Shown in pieces: positions 20,046-31,578 of a DNA stretch of 64,000 nt. The position numbers and the translations under genes were made by a program. Source of the stretch: an uncultured Eubacteriales bacterium (GTDB lineage: Bacteria; Acidobacteriota; Aminicenantia; Aminicenantales; Aminicenantaceae). The stretch spans positions 1 to 64,000 of the forward strand of contig CAYNVQ010000003.1 in the NCBI GenBank assembly GCA_964400735.1. Direction: 5' to 3'. Below the pieces are notes generated by a model. That model saw only the letters and a program-made list of their open reading frames with translations. It was not told the origin of the DNA and did not search any database. Numbering within the stretch: position 1 is the stretch's first letter; the number at the start of each line of letters is the position of its first letter.

Positions 20046-20912
20046 ATGTGGAAAAAAATGGGTGTTGGATTGTTGATTTTCTTTTTGGCGATCGTTTCCT
20101 TCCAGTGCAAAAAAAAGAGTCAGGTTCAAGGTCTCAGCCTCGAAGTGACTTTTTCGGAAGAAAACCTTTCGGATAACTTGATGACGGACATGCAGTATCG
20201 GTGGAAAACCGATTCCGATTTTGAAGGGATAGAAGGAGATCCATTCATCTTTGTCCATTTTTGGCACAACGATAATCTGCTGTTTCAAGACGATCATAAA
20301 CCCGAGATTCCTTTTTCCGAATGGAAGCCTGGGGAGGAATACGTTTATTCGAGGAGAATATACATCCCGGAATTTATCGACGAATTCGATCCTGAATTCA
20401 CAGGAGAAGAAACCCTTAGACTTTCTGTTGGCTTTTATTCTCCCGGCGATATGGCTGAGGAAACGAAGAAGGAGGTTCTGGAGAAAAGGTTGAAAGTCTC
20501 TCCTCCTCCCCTGGATACTCCCGAAATCATCTATGAGGATGGATGGTACAACCTGGAGATAGATCCTGAGGCTCATTTGAGAAGGTGGCGCTGGACAGCT
20601 CAGGAAGCCAGATGCATCATCGATAATCCCAAAAGAGATGCGCTACTGGTGATCAAAGGGGGCGTGAATCTTGAAGCCCTTGAGGAACAGAAGGTCATCT
20701 TCAAGATCAATGACTGGATCCTCGACGAATTTATTCCCGATGAGAGCTATTTTGAGAAATCATACAATATCAAAAAAGAGATGCTGGGAGAAGGTGAAGA
20801 GTTTTTTCTGACCATCGCCACGGATAAGGTATTCGTCCCTGCCCGGGATATTCCTGGATCTAAGGATGAGAGAGAATTAGGGATTCAGATCTCCTTCATC
20901 TATTTTCGCTAG
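20046..20912 (+). CDS. Hypothetical lipoprotein (signal peptide with lipobox VSFQC)
   Basis: 288 aa. N-terminus MWKKMGVGLLIFFLAIVSFQC. Acidic. No family recognised. Confidence 0.5.
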   Translation: MWKKMGVGLLIFFLAIVSFQCKKKSQVQGLSLEVTFSEENLSDNLMTDMQYRWKTDSDFEGIEGDPFIFVHFWHNDNLLFQDDHKPEIPFSEWKPGEEYVYSRRIYIPEFIDEFDPEFTGEETLRLSVGFYSPGDMAEETKKEVLEKRLKVSPPPLDTPEIIYEDGWYNLEIDPEAHLRRWRWTAQEARCIIDNPKRDALLVIKGGVNLEALEEQKVIFKINDWILDEFIPDESYFEKSYNIKKEMLGEGEEFFLTIATDKVFVPARDIPGSKDERELGIQISFIYFR

Positions 20913-21445
20913 GGCGTTTTCCGTTTCTTCTGGCGGGCTTGTTCCAAGTCCTTTTTCGCCTGGTCGGCATCCTGCTGGGCTTTTTGTAGCCTCAGATAGG
21001 TTTCGCTTATTTGTCGCTGGACGAGATCTTTGGGGGTCATATCCCTCATGTCGTAATATTTATTCCATAAAGCATTCAATTGCAGACCGAGAAGGGCTAC
21101 TTGTTCCTGGGCCTCTCTCCATTTTGCTTCCAGCGTTTTCGGATCAGAGAAAGCGGTCTGTTCTTTATCCTCAGGGACCTGGTCAAGGATATGGCCTAGC
21201 GAGCGTCTTTCAGGAATTTCTGTTACAGCGGAAATTTCCGATGTGGGAAGGCTGGGAGAGCGGATGGAGATCGAGGGCTCGATCTTCCTGTTTTCCAGAA
21301 CTTCATTGGTGACCACGATGCTTTTTTTCCCTTTCAATTTGGCCCGTCTTTCTTTTTCTTTCTTCGCCACTTCAACAAGGCTCTGAGAGGAGAGAATAGA
21401 GATACACAGAAGCAGCGCAAGGGCTAAAATAGCGCTTTTTTTCAT
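20909..21445 (-). CDS. Hypothetical secreted coiled-coil protein
   Basis: 178 aa. Cleavable signal peptide MKKSAILALALLLCISILSSQS. The rest is charged and helical. Confidence 0.5.
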   Translation of the reverse strand: MKKSAILALALLLCISILSSQSLVEVAKKEKERRAKLKGKKSIVVTNEVLENRKIEPSISIRSPSLPTSEISAVTEIPERRSLGHILDQVPEDKEQTAFSDPKTLEAKWREAQEQVALLGLQLNALWNKYYDMRDMTPKDLVQRQISETYLRLQKAQQDADQAKKDLEQARQKKRKTP

Positions 21446-21554
21446 GTCCGTTTCCCTTCCTTTATCTTAAAGGCTGTGATGGCTGGTGTCAATCGAGCGG
21501 AAAAAACGGAAGCGTCTCTCCGACATCCCGATCTTAGGGCAGCAAGAAGCACTG

Positions 21555-21835
21555 ATTTGTCAGCCCGAGGATTTTCCCCATCGACCTTTTGGAGGGAGAA
21601 TTGTTTTCAATTCCTGCGAGTAAATGCTCGCTTTCTGCCACCAAAGCTTGATTTCGTGCTCGTACCCGCTCTCTGACTTTCCTTCTCGGACTTCGTCCTG
21701 CATCCAAAGGGACATATCCCCTAGGATCCGCCCATTGATTTTTTCAGAATCGATCGAAATTCTCTTATTCCTCGGCTCACTTTCCTCGTCGAAGAATCAT
21801 GCCCTCTTGCTTTGAATGGCTTCCTCATCTGCTTA
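21555..21835. repeat. Degenerate, rearranged copy of the intergenic repeat family (see 38158-38346)
   Basis: Shares the blocks gtcagcccg..gattttcccca, ctgccaccaaagcttgatttcgtgctcgtacccgctc, cttattcctcggctcactttcc and ctttgaatggcttcct with copies A and B. Confidence 0.5.
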
Positions 21836-21900
21836 TATCACTGTTGTTGCAGCTTTAATAAGGCTGAAGATGCTTCTGGATAAAGAGGAAGAGAAGAGGA

Positions 21901-24357
21901 TTACCGTGTTGGGGATGCTGTGCGAAAAAACAGGAGTTGGCCATCCGAGGAGACCTCAACGGCTCCATCCCTATCGGTCCTGAAAATTTTAATATCCAGT
22001 CGCTCATATCTCTCGAGAACGGCGGGATCCGGAAGACCGTATCTATTTCCGGTGCCCACAGAGATGACCACGAAATCTGGAGATACTGCCTGAAGAAATT
22101 CTTCTGAACTGGACGAGTCGCTTCCATGATGGGGGGATTTCACTACCTGGCTCAGAAGGGGGAAGCCAGATCGCACCAGCTCGTTTTCTACACCCTCTTC
22201 GATATCCCCGGTTAGAAGAAAAGATGTCAGGCCATACGATATCCTGAGTACAAGGGATTGGTCATTGTGTATCATCGAGATATACGCGGAAGCCTGGACC
22301 GGATTCAAAACCTGGACCTTCACCCCGTTTATCGTTTCCTCCTGACCCCGAAACATCCTCCTCTGATTGGTTTTAGAGGATAGTTGTCTCTTGAGTTTTT
22401 CATAGGAGTCGTTATTTTTTGGGCTAAACGCCTCCCAGAATTCCGTGATTCTGAAATTTCTTGCCACGGATTTCAGGCCGTTCAAATGGTCGGGGTGGGC
22501 GTGGGTCAGAACGAGATAATCGACTCTTTTTATCCCTTTTTTCCAGAGAAAAGGGGAGACAACATATTCGCCGATGTCGAAAGTATTTTCGGGTGTCCCC
22601 CCTCCATCAATAAGCATTTTTTTTTGGCCTGGAAATTCAACAAGGATGGAATCTCCCTGACCCACATCGATGAAAGTCATTTTGAGAGTTTTTGAAGAGG
22701 CGGAGAAAGGGTAAATCACAAGGGTCAAGAGAAACAAGGAGAAGCATAAAGCCGTAATGATTTTCTGGCCAGGAATTTTTTTAGGAACGAGCAAAAGGCC
22801 GAGAAAAAGGAAATATCCCAGGACGATGAGGGGCGAAGGAGTGGGAATTCTGAAAGAGAGGAAAGGGAGAGGGTCGAATAAATGGGAGATCGCGACCAAA
22901 ATTCCGACGAGGAAATCGATGCCTTGAGCCAAAATTCCTGCTAAAAAAGAGTTCAAAAAGGCGAGGAGAAGAAAGACGTAGCCCAAGGCCATAATCAACC
23001 CCACGAGGGGAATGGCGGCCAAGTTGAGCACCAGGGAAGAAAAAGTCACCCGATTGAAAGCCGAGGCGATGAAGGGAAGGACACCCAATTGGGCGGCGAT
23101 GCTCACAGCCAAGATTTCGCTTATTCTTAGGGGAAGGCGAGGTAAAAACTTGATCACTCTCGGAAAAAGAAGAATGATGGATAGGGTGGCCACAAAGGTG
23201 AGTTGAAAGCCGAGGCTGAAAAGGTTAAGAGGATTGGAAAGTAGAAGAATCAAGGCGCTCAGAGATAAGGTGTTCAGAAGGTTGACGTTTCGCCATATGA
23301 GTTTACCCAGCAGGTAGGCCAGGGCCATGATGGTGGCTCTCAGGATAGAAGGCCTTCCCTCAACCAAAAGGGCGTAAAAACAGAGAAAAAGGATAAGAAG
23401 CACATAATTCGTCCGTTCTGGAAGTCTGAATACCCTAAAAAGGGAAAAAAGAAGAAAAGAGATGATGGCTATGTGGGCGCCCGAAAGAGCGAAGAGATGG
23501 AAGATCCCTGCGTGTTGAAGGGATTTGGTCGTCTCTTTATCCATCCTTTCTCTTTCGCCCAAAAGAAGAGCTTCCACAACCGATCCTCGTGGGGAGAGAG
23601 ACCGGTTTTCTGCGCCGGAGAAATACTTCTCAATGCTGATCTGTAATTTTCTTCGGATGACCGATATGATCCGCAGAGGAGAAATGCTTTTTCCGGTTTT
23701 CAATTTTTCAACAAGAAGGGCGCTCTTGGTGTAGGCTTGGCCATGGATATTTTGACTTTTCAGGTGAAGATCGAGAACCGGCGGATTGAAATTTTTAAAA
23801 TCCTGTGAGAGAAAGAGCTTGGCTGAGACTTTGATCTTATCATTGGTATGGAGATGGAGGATTGTTGACGATTCCTGGGAGCGAAAGACAGAGATTCTCA
23901 AATTTCCTTCGACCGTTTTTTCCTTTTTATGGATAACAACTTTCTCGACTCTCAGGTAAAGATAGTCTCTTTCCATTCCCTGCGAGACCGATTTGTACAA
24001 TCGGCCGTAAAAATCTATGTAGTCTCCGGATTTAAGTTCTCTGAGAGGATTCGTTTCATAAGACCTGCTTTGTGAGGTGTAAAAACTTGCCCCCATCAGC
24101 AGAGAAGTCACGAGGATGAAACCAAGACATACTCTCGGTCTCCTAAAAACCGAGAAGAAAATCCAGGAGCAGGCAAGGGAAAAGACCGTTGACACCGTCC
24201 AGACTGCCAGAGGTATAGTGAGGTGAGCGGAGAGAAAAATTCCCGCAGCCAGGCTTATGGTAAGAGGGAGGAATGGAAAAAGCATAACCGTTATTAATAA
24301 CGAACCGTCTCCGCTAAGTGTCTCTGATGTTCGAAACAATCGAGGAGAAGATGGCAC
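21901..24357 (-). CDS. comEC: DNA internalization competence protein ComEC/Rec2 with C-terminal metallo-beta-lactamase domain
   Basis: 818 aa. Polytopic membrane domain. C-terminal HAHPDHLNGL (MBL HxHxDH). The true start may be internal; the ORF as drawn overlaps the upstream gene. Confidence 0.8.
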   Translation of the reverse strand: MPSSPRLFRTSETLSGDGSLLITVMLFPFLPLTISLAAGIFLSAHLTIPLAVWTVSTVFSLACSWIFFSVFRRPRVCLGFILVTSLLMGASFYTSQSRSYETNPLRELKSGDYIDFYGRLYKSVSQGMERDYLYLRVEKVVIHKKEKTVEGNLRISVFRSQESSTILHLHTNDKIKVSAKLFLSQDFKNFNPPVLDLHLKSQNIHGQAYTKSALLVEKLKTGKSISPLRIISVIRRKLQISIEKYFSGAENRSLSPRGSVVEALLLGERERMDKETTKSLQHAGIFHLFALSGAHIAIISFLLFSLFRVFRLPERTNYVLLILFLCFYALLVEGRPSILRATIMALAYLLGKLIWRNVNLLNTLSLSALILLLSNPLNLFSLGFQLTFVATLSIILLFPRVIKFLPRLPLRISEILAVSIAAQLGVLPFIASAFNRVTFSSLVLNLAAIPLVGLIMALGYVFLLLAFLNSFLAGILAQGIDFLVGILVAISHLFDPLPFLSFRIPTPSPLIVLGYFLFLGLLLVPKKIPGQKIITALCFSLFLLTLVIYPFSASSKTLKMTFIDVGQGDSILVEFPGQKKMLIDGGGTPENTFDIGEYVVSPFLWKKGIKRVDYLVLTHAHPDHLNGLKSVARNFRITEFWEAFSPKNNDSYEKLKRQLSSKTNQRRMFRGQEETINGVKVQVLNPVQASAYISMIHNDQSLVLRISYGLTSFLLTGDIEEGVENELVRSGFPLLSQVVKSPHHGSDSSSSEEFLQAVSPDFVVISVGTGNRYGLPDPAVLERYERLDIKIFRTDRDGAVEVSSDGQLLFFRTASPTR

Positions 24358-25601
24358 ATGAGTTTTATCCCTATCGAAATGCTCTTTTCATCAGGATTGA
24401 AATAGGGACTGTGCAGAGGGGCAAGGGAGGGTTTATTTGGATCCTTGGCTCCTAGAAAAAAATAAAATCCTGGGATAATGTGGGAGAAATAGGAGAAATC
24501 TTCGGCTACCATCTGTGGCTTAGAGGGATGAATATTCCATTCGCCGAGCACTCGGGAGAGGGTGGGGGATAGAATGGAAGCCAGGTCGGGGTGGTTATAA
24601 AGGGGAGGAGCTCCCTTTTTAAGTTGGAAAGTGGAATTGGCTCCGAAAGAGCGGGAAATACCGCTCACCACGTCTTCGATCAATCGTGGGATTTTGCTTC
24701 TGTTGGCTTCGCTTAGAGTCCTGATCGTGCCTTCGATAGTAACCCTTTCAGCAATGATGTTGGCCTTTGTCCCTCCTTCAATCTTTCCGATGGTGATAAC
24801 CCCCGGATCTGTGGGATCGATGGAACGGCTCACGATAGATTGAAGGCTGACGATGGTTTGGGAAGCTATGGCAATGGCATCGATACCTTCATGAGGCCGG
24901 GCTCCATGGGAGCTCTTTCCTTCGATGATGACTTGGAACCAGTCGGAGCTGGCCATGATCGGACCCGCAGAATAAGAAACCTGTCCAGAGTTTTCCGGCC
25001 AGACGTGAAGACCGAGGATGGCCTGAACAGGAGGATTTTCCAAAACCCCCTCCTCAATCATCAATTTGGCTCCTCCTTCTTCGCCATGGGGTGCCCCCTC
25101 CTCTGCAGGCTGGAAGATGAATTTGATATTTCCGTTGATTTGGTCTTTAAGGGAAGTCATAATCATAGCCGTTCCTAAAGCGATGGCCATATGTATGTCG
25201 TGACCGCAGGCATGCATAACGCCAGGATTAAGGGATTTATAAGAGACATTGGTCATTTCCTGGATGGGCAAAGCGTCCATATCCGCCCTGACGCCCACGG
25301 TCAGACCTGGCCCGGCTCCTCTGAGGAGGCCTGACACTCCTGTTTTGGCTATTCCGTTCTTTACTTCTAGGCCCAGAGAGAGGAGCTTGGATGAAATAAG
25401 GTTGGCGGTCTCGAATTCTTGGTTGCTCAATTCTGGATTCATATGGAGAAATCGGCGGATTCGGATGATTTCGGCTTCACGCTTTTGGATTTCTTTTTCT
25501 ATTAAATTGGCGGTTTTTGTATCAATGCTAAAGGTCGAGATGGAAACAATAAAAAGGCCAAACAAAGAGGCAAGAAATCCACGCAGGATTGTTTTTTTCA
25601 T
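24294..25601 (-). CDS. M20D-family amidohydrolase (N-acyl-amino acid amidohydrolase-like), secreted
   Basis: 435 aa. Signal peptide. Metal-binding block MHACGHDIHMAIALG. Confidence 0.7.
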   Translation of the reverse strand: MKKTILRGFLASLFGLFIVSISTFSIDTKTANLIEKEIQKREAEIIRIRRFLHMNPELSNQEFETANLISSKLLSLGLEVKNGIAKTGVSGLLRGAGPGLTVGVRADMDALPIQEMTNVSYKSLNPGVMHACGHDIHMAIALGTAMIMTSLKDQINGNIKFIFQPAEEGAPHGEEGGAKLMIEEGVLENPPVQAILGLHVWPENSGQVSYSAGPIMASSDWFQVIIEGKSSHGARPHEGIDAIAIASQTIVSLQSIVSRSIDPTDPGVITIGKIEGGTKANIIAERVTIEGTIRTLSEANRSKIPRLIEDVVSGISRSFGANSTFQLKKGAPPLYNHPDLASILSPTLSRVLGEWNIHPSKPQMVAEDFSYFSHIIPGFYFFLGAKDPNKPSLAPLHSPYFNPDEKSISIGIKLMCHLLLDCFEHQRHLAETVRY

Positions 25602-25749
25602 AGATTCATCTTAGATTTGCCCACCCTGAAAGTCAATATCTCAGGGAGTGCTTGCACCGTTCTTTCCATAATGGATTTGATTTTAGAGGCGGGATAATCC
25701 GATGCCTTATTTTACAAAAGCGGGAATTCCGGTGATGATCGAACAAGGG

Positions 25750-27351
25750 CTAGATGCTTACCAGTTCTCGGAAAGTTCCGTAGACTTCTTCGAGAATCGA
25801 AGAGATTTCTCCCAGGGTGGCCAGCTCTTTGACGGCATCGATGATGGCCGGAATAAGATTCCTTTCTTCCAGGGCTGCTTTTCTTAAATCGCGAAGACAC
25901 TGCGTCACCCGGGCCTCCGATCTTTTGGCCTTCGCCTTTTTCAATCTACGAAGCTGGCTCGATTCCAGTTCTGGAGGTGGAGAATAGAGCTGCAGTAGCC
26001 TCTTCTCTTCTTCACTTCGAAAAGCGTTGAGCGAGACGACGATCTTTTCCTTTTCTTCGATCTGTCTTTGATCGGCATAAGCGCTGTCTTGGATTTCTTT
26101 TTGAACGAAACCGGTCTCGATGGCGCGTCCCATTCCCCCGATATCATCTATTTTATTCAAATATTCCTGAACCTTTTCCTCGATTTGGTTGGTTAGACTC
26201 TCCACAAAATAAGCGCCTCCCAGGGGGTCCACACTGTCGGCGACACCGCTCTCATACGCGATGATCTGCTGGGTGCGAAGGGCAATTTTTGCCGATTTTT
26301 CTGTGGGGAGAGCCAGAGCCTCATCCCTAGAATTCGTGTGAAGCGACTGAGTCCCACCTAGAATAGCGGCCAAAGCCTGAAGTGTAACTCTGACCACGTT
26401 GTTTTCGGGTTCTTGGGCGACAAGAGTCACCCCGCTTGTCTGGGTGTGGAATCGGAATTTCCAGGAGAGGGGATTTTTTGCCTTGAAGTTATTTTTCACG
26501 ATTTTTGCCCATATCCTTCTGGCCGCACGGAACTTCGCGATTTCTTCAAAGAAGTTATTGTGGGCTGAGAGAAAAAATGAAAGGCGGGGAGCGAATGTGT
26601 CGATATCGAGACCGGCCGATAGGGCGGCTCTTATATATTCCAAAGCGTTGGCAAATGTAAAAGCCAGCTCTTGGACAGCCGTCGCCCCAGCCTCGCGGAT
26701 GTGATACCCGCTGATGCTCATGGTGTTCCACTTCGGCACATTTTTTTGACAGAAGGCCAGAATATCGGTGATAATTTTGAGCGATGGTTGAGGAGGGTAG
26801 ATGTAAGTTCCCCGGGCGATGTACTCCTTGAGTATATCATTCTGGATGGTTCCGTTGAGTTGGTCCCATGGAATCCCCCTAGCTTGGGCCAGGGCCAGAT
26901 ACATGGAAAGGATGACAGCGGCCGTGGAGTTTATCGTCATCGATACGCTCACTTCTTCAAGAGGAATGTCGGCAAATAATATCTCCATGTCCTCTAGGGT
27001 ATCGACGGCCACACCTACTTTACCGACTTCCCCTTGAGCTTGGGGATGATCGGAATCCAGGCCGATTTGGGTGGGAAGATCGAAGGCGACGCTCAATCCC
27101 GTCTGCCCTTGAGAGAGGAGGAATCGGTATCTTTTGTTTGATTCCTCAGCCGTCCCTAATCCGGCGTATTGGCGCATGGTCCACAATCTTCCTCGATACA
27201 TATCGGCGTAAAGCCCTCTAGTGAAAGGGTATTCACCGGGTCGACCTAGGGAGCGTGCAGAATCGAAATCGGCGAGATCCTTCTTGGTATAGGATTCTTT
27301 GATTTCAATACCGGAAGAAGTCAGGGCCTTTTTTTTTCTTTGTGTAGTCAT
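25750..27351 (-). CDS. Methylmalonyl-CoA mutase family catalytic (large/N-terminal) domain protein; no adjacent B12-binding subunit
   Basis: 533 aa. Acyl-CoA mutase TIM-barrel domain signature. Length matches a standalone catalytic subunit. Confidence 0.7.
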   Translation of the reverse strand: MTTQRKKKALTSSGIEIKESYTKKDLADFDSARSLGRPGEYPFTRGLYADMYRGRLWTMRQYAGLGTAEESNKRYRFLLSQGQTGLSVAFDLPTQIGLDSDHPQAQGEVGKVGVAVDTLEDMEILFADIPLEEVSVSMTINSTAAVILSMYLALAQARGIPWDQLNGTIQNDILKEYIARGTYIYPPQPSLKIITDILAFCQKNVPKWNTMSISGYHIREAGATAVQELAFTFANALEYIRAALSAGLDIDTFAPRLSFFLSAHNNFFEEIAKFRAARRIWAKIVKNNFKAKNPLSWKFRFHTQTSGVTLVAQEPENNVVRVTLQALAAILGGTQSLHTNSRDEALALPTEKSAKIALRTQQIIAYESGVADSVDPLGGAYFVESLTNQIEEKVQEYLNKIDDIGGMGRAIETGFVQKEIQDSAYADQRQIEEKEKIVVSLNAFRSEEEKRLLQLYSPPPELESSQLRRLKKAKAKRSEARVTQCLRDLRKAALEERNLIPAIIDAVKELATLGEISSILEEVYGTFRELVSI

Positions 27352-27374
27352 ATTTATGGCAGCTGATGATCGAA

Positions 27375-28706
<1,332 letters not shown>

Positions 28707-28736
28707 TTATTTAGCCGGGAACCGTAAAAATAATAC

Positions 28737-29063
28737 TTACTTAGTTTCCGAGCCTTCTTCCGAAGCTAATTCTTCCGGTTTTTTAGCCAGCTCTTTCTTT
28801 TTCTTCTCGACAAATTCTTTTATGGCATCGATCCCTTCCGTCGTTTTCTCCTTGACGACTTTAATCCCTTTTTCAGCTTCTTTTGCGATCTTGTCGTAGC
28901 TTTCTTTGGCCTTTTCCCCGGTTTTTGCAGCGGATTCTTGGATTTTTTTCCGGGTTTCCTCTCCGCTTGCCGGAGCAAAAAGGACTCCCAGGATGAATCC
29001 GGCCGCGGTGCCTAAAAGAAATGAAAGAGTGACTTCCAAAGCTCCAGAGTTTCTATCTGCCAT
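28737..29063 (-). CDS. YtxH-like small membrane protein
   Basis: 108 aa. One transmembrane helix followed by a Lys/Glu-rich helical tail. Confidence 0.5.
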   Translation of the reverse strand: MADRNSGALEVTLSFLLGTAAGFILGVLFAPASGEETRKKIQESAAKTGEKAKESYDKIAKEAEKGIKVVKEKTTEGIDAIKEFVEKKKKELAKKPEELASEEGSETK

Positions 29064-29424
29064 TTTTTTTCCTCCTTGATTTTTTCGCTTGCCGCCAGCC
29101 TAAACGGATCAAAGGAAAAAGGAACGGCCAGTACTTAGAAGTAGGCCGGATGATTTTTACCGTTAAAAACCAGGCAATTTCTGCGATGCTCACGGATAAC
29201 TTTTTGGATGCCTGGACCACTTCGCCGACATCATCCATTTTAGACTGAACGCTCAAGCTGGTTTTTTTCAATTCTTGGGCTAATGTCCTTATTTCAATTA
29301 GGGTTTCCTCTGCTTCGCGGGCTGTTCCTCGTAGTTGGATCATCAGCCTCACCAGAAAGGTGACGGCAATGACGGCAGCTATGGTGAGAACAAGCAATAA
29401 GAATTGGTTAAGGGTTAGCGGCAT
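29053..29424 (-). CDS. DUF948-like membrane-anchored coiled-coil protein
   Basis: 123 aa. N-terminal transmembrane helix plus a coiled coil. Overlaps the downstream gene. Confidence 0.45.
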   Translation of the reverse strand: MPLTLNQFLLLVLTIAAVIAVTFLVRLMIQLRGTAREAEETLIEIRTLAQELKKTSLSVQSKMDDVGEVVQASKKLSVSIAEIAWFLTVKIIRPTSKYWPFLFPLIRLGWRQAKKSRRKKNGR

Positions 29425-29498
29425 CGTAATAAATAGATAAAATAAAAAGCGCCTTTTGTCAAATCGGATTGTTTCGGGCAGCCCTGATTCCGCTTGGA

Positions 29499-30077
29499 TT
29501 ATTTCCAGAGGATTTTTTGGATATTCTCTATCTGATATTCTTCAGCGATTTTTTTCAGGATTGTGGAGTAATCCCCTTCTCCTTTTTTTTGGACGGCTTC
29601 TTCCCATTCCTTTAACGATGGATCGGCTAGAAAAGCGTATTCCATTTTGGACAGCCGGTTGATCCCTCTTAGGGCCTGCCAATGGGTAATCATCAGAAGG
29701 GCCAACACTCCAAAAAAGACGTTGGGTCCGGGAAGGAGGGCGGCCAGTCCGCTAATGGGAAGCAGAAGGGCTTCTCCTATTATAAAGAGGAGGTGTTTGG
29801 TCCTTTGTCTTTGAAGAAAGAAAAAAAACCTAGTCCTTACTCTCTTTTCGTCACAGCTTCCTGAGTACAAAATTTCCACTTTTTCTCCCCTCGATTGCAA
29901 TATCCTTTCAAAGGCCTGTTCTTGGACGAGAATCCGCTTTGGCAGAAGCATGAGCTTTTCCTTGGCTTTTTCCCAGATTCCCTTCCAACGGGAAAAATGG
30001 ACAGAGATTTGATGGATGGGCTCGGCCGAGAAACATCTATATTTCTCCCGGTGGTCTTTGACAAAAAAGAATTGCAT
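29499..30077 (-). CDS. Hypothetical membrane protein
   Basis: 192 aa. Two central hydrophobic helices. No recognised family. A repeat-family copy lies immediately 5'. Confidence 0.4.
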   Translation of the reverse strand: MQFFFVKDHREKYRCFSAEPIHQISVHFSRWKGIWEKAKEKLMLLPKRILVQEQAFERILQSRGEKVEILYSGSCDEKRVRTRFFFFLQRQRTKHLLFIIGEALLLPISGLAALLPGPNVFFGVLALLMITHWQALRGINRLSKMEYAFLADPSLKEWEEAVQKKGEGDYSTILKKIAEEYQIENIQKILWK

Positions 30078-30164
30078 CCCTCTATTTTATCAATTTGCCG
30101 GCAAGAAACAAACGAACAAATCGCCCGAAATTGGATACGGAAAGTGGAATGAAGACAATCCTCT

Positions 30165-30260
30165 CTGGTTTTTTTGCCTGCCAGCAAAGCTTGCTTTCAC
30201 GTTCGCTTCGCTCTCTACCTCCCCTTCTCGGTTTCGCCCTGAGACCGAGGGATCATATCC
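30165..30260. repeat. Partial copy of the intergenic repeat family (core gcctgccagcaaagcttgctttcacg)
   Basis: Contains ctggtttttttgcctgccagcaaagcttgctttc, which matches the core of copies A and B. Confidence 0.5.
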
Positions 30261-30591
30261 CCCTGGAATTCCCAACAGAGTTCCTCCAGATGTTGTTGTC
30301 CTTCTCGGCACCTGGTCAATCCGGGAACGTCCCAATCAAAGACTCTATAATTTATCATTGATAAAAAGCAAATATTGAAATAGTGGGGATTTCCAAATGG
30401 GACGCCCCCTCAAGTTATCCTCCCTGGACGTTTCAGGAAGGCGGGGTTAGGTTGGATCGGGGCCTTCCATACCTCCCCGGCATTTTTCTGCACCTTTATT
30501 TGCATTTGATTTTCCCTCACTTCGGGACAAAATCCAGCATTGCAAAAGGGGACTTCCACGTGCATAAAAGAATCTTTCGGCAAATTCGGTG

Positions 30592-31578
30592 TTATTTTCT
30601 TTGGGTGAGAAGAAAAATAAAAAAAGGCGCGCCGATGACGGCGGTGATGATGCCTATGGGAAGCTCTGAGCCCGGAAGGATTGTTCTGGCTACCAGGTCG
30701 CAGAACAAAAGAAATACACCGCCCAGGAGGGAGGAAAAGAAAAAGAGGCGTCTGTGGTCAGGGCCGATCAATAGGCGTACCCAGTGGGGCACAATCAACC
30801 CGACAAATCCGATGATACCGCTGACCGATACGGAGGAGGAGGCGAGCAAGGTAGAAAGGATCAAAAAGATTTTTCTCGTGCGCTTCACGGGACAACCCAG
30901 GGATTGAGCGGTCTCGTCGCCCATGACCAGAAGGTTCATGTCCTTGGCCAGCCAAAGGCATATAAAAAAACACCCCATAAATTGAGGAAGGATCACTCGA
31001 ATCTGGGCCCATTCGGCAAGATGGAAACTTCCCAAAAGCCAAAAAACAGCCTGCTCGAATGATTCGGATCGAATGAAAATCAAGAATGAGGTCAGGGAGG
31101 AAGCCAATGCTCCGGCCGCTATCCCGGTCAAGAGTAGAGTTTCCACTTTGAAGAGGCCCTTTTTTTGGGAAAGGAGATAGACCAAAGAGACGATAACCAA
31201 TCCGGAGCCGAAAGCGAACACGCTCTGAAGTGAATAACCGAAGACACTTAAATCGAGACCCAAAAAGAGGGCTAGTACCGCTCCGAAGGATGCGCCTGAC
31301 GATACTCCGACAACAAATGGCCCGGCCATCGGATTCTGAAAATATCCTTGGAGTATGGCTCCTGAAAGAGAAAGACTGGCGCCGACCAGGAAGGCAAGAA
31401 AGGCACGGGGGAGCCGAAGATGAATGAAAATCGTGCTTTGGGTCTGGTCCTTGTGCACTAAAAAATTCCACAGGTCATCAAACCCGGTTTTGACCGACCC
31501 GCTCACCAGTGAGAGATAGAACCCGGCGATCAGGAGAAGAAGAAGGATTGAGAGGAGGCGGATCCTGTTTTTCTTCAT
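30592..31578 (-). CDS. ABC transporter permease, FecCD/BtuC family (iron-siderophore, heme or cobalamin import)
   Basis: 328 aa. About nine transmembrane helices. FecCD-type. Confidence 0.75.
   Translation of the reverse strand: MKKNRIRLLSILLLLLIAGFYLSLVSGSVKTGFDDLWNFLVHKDQTQSTIFIHLRLPRAFLAFLVGASLSLSGAILQGYFQNPMAGPFVVGVSSGASFGAVLALFLGLDLSVFGYSLQSVFAFGSGLVIVSLVYLLSQKKGLFKVETLLLTGIAAGALASSLTSFLIFIRSESFEQAVFWLLGSFHLAEWAQIRVILPQFMGCFFICLWLAKDMNLLVMGDETAQSLGCPVKRTRKIFLILSTLLASSSVSVSGIIGFVGLIVPHWVRLLIGPDHRRLFFFSSLLGGVFLLFCDLVARTILPGSELPIGIITAVIGAPFFIFLLTQRK

Noticed and set aside
20007-20576. 189-aa minus-strand ORF overlapping the lipoprotein gene
   Set aside because: The plus-strand ORF has a clear lipoprotein signal peptide and is longer. 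The minus ORF lacks features.
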